Shown here in pieces: positions 54,647 to 64,000 of a stretch of DNA of 64,000 nucleotides. Position numbers and translations under genes: made by a program. Source of the DNA: Camelus dromedarius. Lineage: Eukaryota. Each line of letters begins with the position of its first letter. Position 1 is the stretch's first letter. The DNA is taken from positions 63,304,001 through 63,368,000 of the forward strand of contig NC_087437.1 in assembly GCF_036321535.1 (NCBI RefSeq). Direction: 5' to 3'. Under the pieces are notes generated by a model. That model saw only the letters and a list, made by a program, of their open reading frames with translations. It was not told where the DNA came from and made no database searches.

Positions 54647-54769
54647 GTTCAGAAATAGCATATTTGGGAAATAGATATAACCCCAAACCTTTGGAAAGCA
54701 AAAGATACGGATCTAAGAAGAAAGGACATGAAAAGCATGCTTTTCCTTCAGTAGTCGGCAAAGAAATTT
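54647..54769 (+). CDS. CCDC14: CCDC14 exon 5
   Basis: Acceptor taatag. Reads (G)[40 protein letters not shown]. Donor gtaagt. 123 nt, phase 1-1. Confidence 0.88.
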
Positions 54770-55729
54770 GTAAGTATTTTTTCTCCTATTTACTTAAACA
54801 TAATGCTTATTTGGGGGGGGGGGTTGATAAATTATTGGGATTATGCAGTTGGTCTTCCATGGTAGTAACATTGGTTATTCAGGTGTGTGTGTGCTGGTAC
54901 TTTTTTTCTCCCCCTCTATTTAGCTTCTAATCACTGAGTAGTTACTTTGTTTACTATCACTTTCCCAAGAAAAAAAGTAGGAAAAAAAGTGACTAGGTTT
55001 TATGGGAGAAGAGGTTCAAACTCAGAATAACATTTGGTAGGTGTGTAAGGTTATCTTTGTTCTCCCTGCCCCTTGTTTCCGTAGATACTTGCAAATTGGT
55101 TGGGTTTCATGTGTATACTTATTATTTAAAAAATACTCTATGTATATGCATATATTCTCAGTAGGTTCAGTAGCTCAACATTTTGAGCTGCACAGTTAGA
55201 AGACATGGTACCTAGGAAGGGAAAATTCCAAGTTAGGTAGCTATATAAGGAAAGAAAGCCTGCCACCGATTGACAGTGAATAGCCAAGGATATTTTACAC
55301 CCTCACAGTTAACTTCCTGACTTAATTAAATGTAATAATGCAGTTTAGGATAAGCAAGTTTTGATCACGTTGTTCCATAGAGGCCTATAGAACAAGAAAG
55401 CCCTAAATGGAGATGAAAATGTCCACAATGGCAATTCAGATGAAACCAGCTATAATGGAACCAGCTAGTTCCACAGTTGATGTGGGCCAAAAGTGTTAGC
55501 ATAGCAGTACCTGCTTAGATTCAGCTTAGGGAAAGGGTAAGGTCTAGAAAATCATCTATAGCAATTGCCCTAGACACTAAGAGCTCAGGATCCAGGCAAA
55601 GAGGCTGAGAAAATGAGGGTAGAGCATTCAGAGGACTAGAGGTTGGTGTTGCTGATGGTCCTGCATCAGAGAAGTAAGGCAGAGAAAACAGCTTACTAAC
55701 CTATCTTGGAGGCCAGTCACATTTAGCCT

Positions 55730-56241
55730 CACATTGTCTTTATTTGCACTGCTTAAGATGATAGTCACTAGCCACAAGTGGCCAATCAGGCACTCCAAGA
55801 GTGGCTAGTACAACCAAGGTGCTGAATTATAAATGTTATTTAGTTTTAATTAATTTAAATTTAACTTTGAAAACTGACACTTGATCTAGTTATTAGAAAA
55901 CTTTTAAATATGTTTGGAATAACTTGAGTAAATGAATCTACTTTTTCAACTGTACATTTTATTAAATGTAAATACAGATCAAGGATTTCTGATGAAAATT
56001 TACCATCCAGATTGAAATATGCTTTATAGTAAAATACACAGTATGCATAGAAGATTTAATGCAAAACATAAAATATCTCAATTTTTAATGTTAATTACAT
56101 ATTGAAATGTTAAGATTTTGGCTATATTGATTTGAATAAAACAAAAATTAATTTTACCTATTTTTTACTCTTTTAATATAGCTACTGGAAAATTTTAAAT
56201 TGCACATATGGTTTACATTATACTTCTATTGGACAACATTG
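55730..56241 (+). mobile_element. Charlie1/MER33-like hAT fragment
   Basis: cactagccacaagtggc..gtggctagt, a transposase C-terminal remnant (ESTFSTVHFIKCKYRSRISDENL) and the end ttctattggacaacattg. Confidence 0.75.
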
Positions 56242-56249
56242 GTCTAAAC

Positions 56250-56473
56250 CAGGGGTCAGCATACTACTGCCAGTTTTGTTTTGTAAATAATATTTATTTA
56301 TTTTGTAAATAAAGTTTCGTCAGAGCACAGTCATGTTAATTCATTTATATATTTTCTATGGTTGCTCCTGTGCTGCAGTGATAAAGGTGAGTAGTTGTGA
56401 CAACGACCATCTGGCCTGCTAAGTGAAAAATGTTTATTGCCTAGCCTTTTAAGAAAAAATGTGCTAATCCCAG
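56250..56473. mobile_element. MER58A-like hAT MITE
   Basis: caggggtcagca...ttttgtaaataaagttt...gagtagttgtgaca...tgtgctaatcccagg. Flanks gtctaaac / gtctaact. Confidence 0.8.
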
Positions 56474-56669
56474 GTCTAACTCTTAAACTAAAGGCCTATT
56501 TATTAGGGCCCAATGGACAAAGAAAGGAGTGGTAGCACCAGCTGCCTGTTCCTGCTTTTTTCTTCAAGGCAGGTTATTTTTTGTCCAGGGCACCGTCCTC
56601 AAGGAACTCTCATTTGGAATGTACATCGATGACAATGGTGCCATGGTAGCAACTCGTTGGATCCTAGCT

Positions 56670-57615
56670 TAACTGTTTGTTAGCAGCGTTCCAACAGAAA
56701 ATAGCTGGCAACACTCAAATTAAGATAATTCAAAGAGGGTTTATTTACAAAGAAACTCATTGCAAAAGTGTGACTATGGTATAGGGAAACCACAAGTGAC
56801 TGTGCTAGTCCAGTGCTGGCAGCAGCAACAGAGCTGTTACTCTCCCTAGATCTTAAGGGATGAGGTGGGGAAGGGGTTACTGGGACTCAGAGATACTGTT
56901 GTGTAGAGTAGGCTGCCTTGAGAAGAGCAGTGAGCTTTAAGGGACAAAGCCAGGCCAAGGTGGCCTTGTTAGAGAGGTAGTTGGGAACAAATACTCTGAA
57001 TTTATGCTTCTTCCTTTCCTTGATAATGCCAGGGCTCCCATTGGATTGGGTCCAGCTGGAACCCTGTTGATGTGTATCAGGTCTGGGGTTTGATTTTTGT
57101 TCTTACAAGCTAATAAGTCAGCCTTACTATGTCATGCATGTTTACAGGAACCACAAGACTCCTGGGGTCAGAGACAAAGGACCTTATCACTCATAACACA
57201 GCAAGCAGCATGTATATTAGCATATTTGTGTTAGTTATCCCTCACTACTAGTTCCCACTGAGATGATGGAATAGATCCAAGTGGATGCTGCACATGCTAC
57301 AAGTTTAAGTTTCAGCTGAGGAACACTGAGCTTGAGGAATCTATTGCTTTGGTAGTAAGCAGTAAACAAGCTTATACTTTCCTCAGGGGGAAACATTACC
57401 TTTTTCCTCAGGGCTGCTCGCTACAAACACAACCCTGAGAAATGGCTCAGGTAAAGAGCTTAGGTCAAGTCCTTACTTCCTTGGTAGACCCAGCAAGACA
57501 TGTAGGAGCAGAAGAGACCCACGATGGAATGTCTCTTAACAGTGTAATCCATACAGATCAGCATCCGTGAGACAGCAGAGCAGAAAAGAATGGGTAGAGG
57601 ATGGGTTTGGAGGAG
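56670..57615. mobile_element. LTR33-like LTR with a probable second LTR nested at about 57072-57541
   Basis: caacagaaaatagctggcaacactcaaat...ggctcccattgg, interrupted by a tg...ca bounded segment with cctggggtcagagacaaaggac. Confidence 0.5.
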
Positions 57616-60600
57616 CACATTAGAAAGATCTGGCCTTCTGTCCCTAGCATTAAATTCTTATTTGCATTAGAGTCAGATGAGTAGTTCTGGCCAGTGATCA
57701 GGATACAACATTCTTGTCATCCTTTCCCCTATGTTTTCATCATCAGAAGGAAGGACCTACTTCTTACAGGACAATCTCTTTTAGAGCTGTAGTATTAGAA
57801 ATTGATTCTCATTGACTTACTCACTTCTAAGATTGACTCATTGGAAGCAGAAGCCTTTTTCCCTCTGGTTAAATTACTTATCTTTTTTAGTTTACCAAAC
57901 TCTGTAGCACTGTCTAAAAAGGATCATCTTTTTTTCTTTTCTTTTCTGTAGTTGGCAGCTGTTAACAAGTACAAGGGTTTTGCTCTGTTATCACAGTGCT
58001 CAGCACACACAAAAACCACACTCAGTGTTTGCTTTCTTTTCTCTCTCTCCACAAGTGAGATAATCATAAAGAGAATGGTAAGGAATCTGTTACAGCATGT
58101 TAACTAGTATCTGTGTATCATTTTAATTTTAAGATACATTATCTTACTCTTTTGTGTTAAGTGTCATCTGGGGCTTGGGCTCCTTCTATACTTTCTGTCT
58201 GGGGCCTCCCTGATCAATGAGTGTCTGTGGAGTCATGCCCACCCACCCTGATGCATAAGGGAGGAAGGAAGCAGAAAGGCAGTTCCAGAAGTGTGTTGAG
58301 AGCTTACTTGACAGTGCTCCTGATGTTTAAAGAAAAAAATTTTTTAATAAGCAGCTTTTTACATTTTGATAACTGTGTTGAATGCTGTGGGCACATGACC
58401 CTAGTTTCAGTATCATATATATATTTCTGCCCTCACCTTGGGGAAATAAACCTCTACAGGCAGAATATTTTGAATACTGATTGCTCCCATCAAGGCCAGG
58501 TGTTCTTTTACATATTTCAAATTATGATGGGCATCCAGCAGCTCTTATCTGCAGTGGATGTTCTATATTTGGGTGGCAGGAATTATCTTACCTGTCAGAC
58601 AGTGCTTGTATATCCAAACAAAAGTGCTGTACAGCAGCTACAATTCCAGGACAGAAAAAGTTTTGTGAACTGAATAAATGAGTGTATCCCTTTCATGAAT
58701 TCTAGTTACCAAGTGACACCAATTAGACATTGCCCTCCTAATCTGTTAGGTAAAATGTTTATGTAGGGTGCTTTGGTATAGTAAACAAGAGCAAGTAAAC
58801 ATACTTTCTTTGTATTTGTATAATAACAGGCTTATTTTGGTGGTAGTGGTGGGTTTTTTAAATTTTAAAATTGCATATCCATTTTTGTCTTGGATAATTT
58901 GCTTTATAATTTTGTCTCTTAAATATAAATATACAACATTCTCAGTAGAGTTTCACATAGATTGAGCTAATTAAGGAGCAAAATAAGTCATTTTAATTAT
59001 AAAGCTCTGATTTTTAAGAGATGTTTGAAGTTTATTACATTATGTTGGGTGATGACATTTGCTGGCAAAAGCATAATATTGTAGTTCAGCTTTATCAGAG
59101 ATTGTGAAAACCACCCCTTGAGAAGAAGGTGAATGAAAAAAAAAAAAAGGAAGGTGAATGAGAGCCAATGTGAGTGTAAAATCTGAGAATTCCTCAAACC
59201 AGGCAGTTCTTATCTTATGGGACCAAAGGAAATTGAAGAGCAGAAGAGAGACCCAGGAGTCAGGAGGAAAGGAAGAGCAGAGTGCTGGGCGGCCTTGGGC
59301 TGCCTGTGATCTCACCCTTCATCATTTTAGATTTCAAAGTTAAAATATTTTAGAGGATACTTTTCCATTAGATTTATTATAAAATTGTATTTCCAATAAG
59401 AAATAATTTGTTAATAGAATGTTTATTAACCAATTTGTTGTAGCTTGTCTGCTCAGATAGTGAAGAGTAACTGTTAAATGTTTTTGGTTTTAATCACCTC
59501 AGAGAGGACATGCTTAGAGGTGTATTATTGGTATCAGAGAGGAAGATTTGTGAATATGAAATATTTACTTGTCTGTATTGACTTTGTAGTCATTTAGTAA
59601 TAGATATAACACTTAGTGAGTTCTTACTATGTGTTGGACATTGATACTTTACATGTGCTATCTCACTTTTCACAACAGTCTTATGAAATAGATAATGTTA
59701 TTATTATCATTTTTCTAACAAGGAGGAGGAGGCCAAGAGAGGTTAAGTAATTTGCCAGAAGTTAACTCAGCTAGTAACTGCTAGAGCTCGTATTGAGGCC
59801 GCAGAAGTATGTTCACAACAAAAAGTTATCTCAAAAGGAAGCTTAGCCCAAGTCGAAATGGAAGGATCCAATAACTCCAACCATTTTTGTAGTCAAATAT
59901 TAATTTAGTAGTCTTTTTCTTTAAATTATTTTTCTATCTTCATTGGTTATAGTATTTCATCTGCCTTTAACTTTTTGCCTTTACTTATAAGTTTTATGCT
60001 TTTAGCAATGTTTTTCCTTCAATAAAATGTATATGTGTTTGGGGAATTCAATACCATTTAAAAAAATTTAACTGTTTTCACTTTTTAAATAATTAAGGTG
60101 TAACTTTCATAAAGCAAGTGCATAAATCTCGGTAAATTTTTACACATGTCTACACCCATATGTAGCTTTGGAGACTTTAAATGCCACTATCCAGATGAAA
60201 ATACAAAACATTTCAGTACCCTACCAGGCTCCTACTCATCAGTATCCTCACTACCACCTATCTCCTCCTCAAGGTCACTTTTCTGACTTTTAACTCCGTT
60301 GGATGGTTTTACTGTCTTTGAACTTCATATAGATGCAGTTGTACACTGTGTAGTCTGACTCTTTCACATAACATCATATCTGTTAATTTCATCTAGGCAG
60401 TTTAAGTATGTGAGTAATTTGTTCTTTTCCACTGCTGTCTAGTGTTCCATCATATGAGTATACCACAGTTTATCCATTTCTACTATTCATGGCTATTAGG
60501 GTATTTTCAGTTTTTGGCTACTGCAAATATACCTGTTGTGAGCATTCTTGTACACATCTCTTAGTAGACATAAACACTCATTTCTGTTAGGCATATACCC

Positions 60601-61792
60601 AGAGGTACAATTGCTGTGTCATAGAATATGTTTAGCTTTGGTAAGTCCTACCAAAAGCTATATATTTTTCTAAATTTATTTTGTATCCTGATAACCTGTG
60701 ATCTACCAAAAACATTCTCATTTCTGATAATAGTCTTTAAAAAACATTTGGGAAGGGGATCTTATTAGACAAAGAGATTTTAATATTTATCTTTACAGTA
60801 GTGCTATATAGAAAACTTTGTTGTTTTTCATGTATTAGTTTATTAATACCAGGTTTCTACTTTGTACTACTTTGTATATAGATTAGTACAAGATTCTGTG
60901 GGAGAAAATAATGAAATATAAGATACAGCCCTGCCTAAAGAAGCTTATAGTTTAGTCAGGTAGGCAAGAGAATGAAAAATAAATGATAATAGTACCATAT
61001 GCAAGTGATACATGATTTGTATAGACAGTGTGCTCTAGGATGGTGAAGAGCAGTCACTAGACTGGAATGATTGGAAAAGGCTTCATAGGAGAGGGAAGCC
61101 TTCAGGTGAGCTTTGGTGAGTGGGTGGAACTGAATTGGAATGGGTGGTTCTTCATGAGTAATATTTTACGGAAAGTGAGAAAAACTTATTTTAGGAGTCT
61201 AAATTGGCCTGATTGCAATGAAAAATTACTGATTAGAGGGTGATGGGAAGATGGTTGGAAAAGTATGTTGTTGTCAGGCTTTTTGGAGACTTTAAATGCC
61301 AGGTTAAGGTGTTGTTTGAGGCCCAATGTGTAGATTAAATCCAATTTTATTCTTGCTCTGAGAACTCTAATTTATTATTATTATTATTTTATGGTCAAAG
61401 CATCAGGATTATACAAAGTATTCTGTTTTTCCTATTCCATTCCCCCTCTCAAGAGCATGTACTGGACAAGGATCAAAGTGAAAAGAGTTTCATTAAATAA
61501 CACTCTTCAGAGGAGACCTATAAATGAAGGAGAGATTTTATGAATAGCATTTAATAAAGATTTTCAGGACATAGTATAGATAATTTTTTGCTAAAGAACT
61601 TAATTCATTACCTACTTTAAAAAAAATAATTTGAGGTGATTTTCTTTAGGGAGTGATAGCAATAAAGCCCTTCTGTAAACTATATGATGTACTGAACTAC
61701 TTCTGAGAGTCCTTTTTTCCCTAAAGCTTATGGTAAAAGATTCTTTTTGAAGAATCATATTTCAAGAACTTTTTTCCCTTTTTTCACATTAG

Positions 61793-62029
61793 TATCTTCA
61801 GATAGTAAGAAACCTATACCTAATGAAGCTTCTGCTGGAAGTGAAAGAGACTCATCAGATATACCACAAAATTGGTCACTACAAGATCATTATAGAATGT
61901 ATTCACCCGTAATATACCAAGCCCTCTGTGAGCATGTGCAGACTCAGATGTCACTGATGAATGACTTGGCTTCAAAGAGCAACCCTAATGGAATTCCTAC
62001 TGTACCTTGCCACACTGTGTCTGGTTCTG
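61793..62029 (+). CDS. CCDC14: CCDC14 exon 6
   Basis: Pyrimidine tract plus attag acceptor. Reads [15 protein letters not shown]...[30 protein letters not shown]...HTVSGS. Donor gttagt. 237 nt. Confidence 0.93.
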
Positions 62030-62141
62030 GTTAGTATGAATGAGGTTTTAAAAGACATGAATATAAGCTCTAATTAAGTTGACTGGTAGTTGTATAAGCA
62101 GTATGAGATGTGAATGATCTTTTCTCCCTGTTACCTTTTAG

Positions 62142-62236
62142 AATCTCAGGCAACTCCACATTCTAGTTATGGCTTATCCCACTCCACCCCAGTCCTGTTA
62201 TCTCAGCACTCACCCTGCCCTCCAATGGTTCATTGT
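62142..62236 (+). CDS. CCDC14: CCDC14 exon 7
   Basis: Acceptor ccttttag. Reads (E)SQATPHSSYGLSHSTPVLLSQHSPCPPMVHC. Donor gtgagt. 95 nt. Confidence 0.92.
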
Positions 62237-63073
62237 GTGAGTACAGTTTATATACTATACAAGTAATAATTTGCATTTAGAAATTGTTATCTTAAGAGAA
62301 AAAACTGAATTTGCTGATTGTATCTTATTGCCCTAGGATGTAAAGACCAATTATTTTTTCCAAGTTTTTTTTTTAATTAGAAAAGTTTTATCTGTTGATT
62401 AAGGATAATGGTGAGAGGGAAAAGGGAAAGAGATTAGTAGAAAAAAGAAATCACCCATACCTACTACCAAAGTACAGTTTCTCTTGGTACATTGGCAGGG
62501 CATGTTCCAGTCATTTAATTCTCTGTGTAGGTTTCATTTTCTGGTTTTAATTTATTAAGTTTGCTGTAAAAAAAAAAAACTTAGTCATAGTTAAATTGTC
62601 TACAGTTTTATATACTCCTTTTTTTTTGCTTAACATTTTATTGTAATTTACTTTTTGTACCTTTTTAAATAAGTTGTTAATACTGTTTAGTGGATGTACC
62701 ATAGTCTGTGGTTAGACATTTAAGTAAGTTTTTTACTCCCATAACATGTCTCTAAATATGTTTATGGAAAAGCTTTTTGTATATTTGAGCTTATTTTCTT
62801 ACATTGTAGTTTCCCAAAGTGGAAGTTTGTTTTAGTCCCAAAGTGAACTAAGTTTTGATGCCTTTATGCCATTTATATATAAACAATCTATTTTAGTCAT
62901 GGCTTTATAATGTTCCCATTGTGCTCAGGGGAAATTGAGCTTACTCACTGGTAGTCTTTAACTCCATCCTGCAGATGTCATTTTCCAACATTTTTATTTG
63001 AGTTTATTATAGTTAATGCCTACAAGTCAATGCTCATGTTTTTGAAGGCTTAACTTGTTTTTTCTTTCTTTAG

Positions 63074-63575
63074 GAAGTTCAGACTGATGGTGACAACAAG
63101 TTTGCATCACAGGATAAAACAACTTCTGTGAACTGTACTGATGATGTTCTAAGGAATTCCTTCAGTGCTAGTCTTGGAGTTCCATGTGGCCTGCCCCAAA
63201 CTGACAAACCAGCTATTCCAAAATTTCAGCAGCTGGATCTTGCTAATGGGATTCTGCCACAACAAAGAGTTCCTAATGAGTCAGACCTACTAAAGTGTTT
63301 CCAAACATATATGAATCTGTTGCATTCTCATCCGGACAGTCAGACACACCGAAGTCCCACTCTATTACAGCCAGCTTTCTTGGCTACCAATGAAGAAAAA
63401 TGTGCCAAAGAACAAATTGGAGAGGTTAGAGGTGAAGGAAAGGATTTAAACATACATGTGCGAGATTCAAGAAAAAAGGATGTGCAGAAGGCAAAAAACG
63501 TGAACCAGAGTGCTGAAAGAATTAGAACTATAAAGTATTTGTTGGGAGAGCTCAAGGCTCTGGTAGCAGAGCAAG
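63074..63575 (+). CDS. CCDC14: CCDC14 exon 8 (gene continues beyond window)
   Basis: Acceptor tttctttag. Open for 502 nt: EVQTDGDNKFASQDK...IKYLLGELKALVAEQ. Donor gtagat. Confidence 0.92.
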
Positions 63576-64000
63576 GTAGATAAGTACTTTATAATTTTCT
63601 GTGGCATGTCATTATTTAAAATAATCAACATGGAGTTTGTGATATTTTCCATAGAACTATGTCTTATGCTAATAAGGAAATGAATTTTGTCTGTTTTATT
63701 CTTATTTTTTAGGTTTTGATCCCTCTTATTTCCTGTGAATTTGAAATGTACTAGGGAATATCAGTCTTTTACTTGCAAGTGTTTATTCATTCTACTTGAG
63801 TGAAAGGGACCTTGAAAAGATTCAGCCAAAGATAATTTGTAAAGATAAACTTTAAGAGGTTAGAGGACCCCTAGACATGATTAACTCCCTAGAATAGAAT
63901 AACTTCCTATTTTAAAAAGGTGCAGAAATTTTCCTCTCATCGTTTCTTTAATAACCAACTGTTATAATGTTTAACAAAACTCACTTTGAGAGGGAATCCA

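Noticed and set aside
56637..56653. X-box-like ggtgccatggtagc in CCDC14 intron 5
   Set aside because: Two core mismatches and far from a promoter, so compatible with chance.
58221..58673. 150 aa ORF followed by AATAAA in CCDC14 intron 5
   Set aside because: No recognisable homology and a non-ATG start. An alternative terminal exon cannot be supported from sequence alone.

Overview
This is mammalian genomic DNA, not microbial. Two tRNA-Ala-derived Vic-1-type SINEs point to a camelid. Two spliced genes lie on the + strand. ROPN1 (ropporin-1) is complete: five coding exons from 26341 to 36332 total 639 nt (212 aa plus stop), all introns are GT-AG, and AATAAA sits at 36443. Its probable promoter and non-coding first exon are in the CpG island at about 9.78-10.23 kb, which carries RFX X-box-like motifs. 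The 5' part of CCDC14 follows, with a CpG-island promoter at about 48.15-48.8 kb and coding exons 1-8, and the gene runs off the right edge. The remainder is mostly interspersed repeats (L1, L2, MIR, ERV/MaLR LTRs, hAT and Tigger DNA transposons), so almost all ORFs in the supplied track are spurious. I do not see a convincingly new biological system. The best observations are: (i) an apparently full-length fossil autonomous hAT-Charlie transposon in ROPN1 intron 1, where BED finger, DDE, CxxH and dimerisation remnants, degenerate TIRs and a 7/8 matching TSD can still be read; (ii) two short templated insertions copied from 1-2 kb away; (iii) an unexplained ~195 bp insert inside an L1; (iv) several regulatory and splicing features of ROPN1 and CCDC14. 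Repeat subfamily names and human protein comparisons are from memory of consensus sequences, not from a search.
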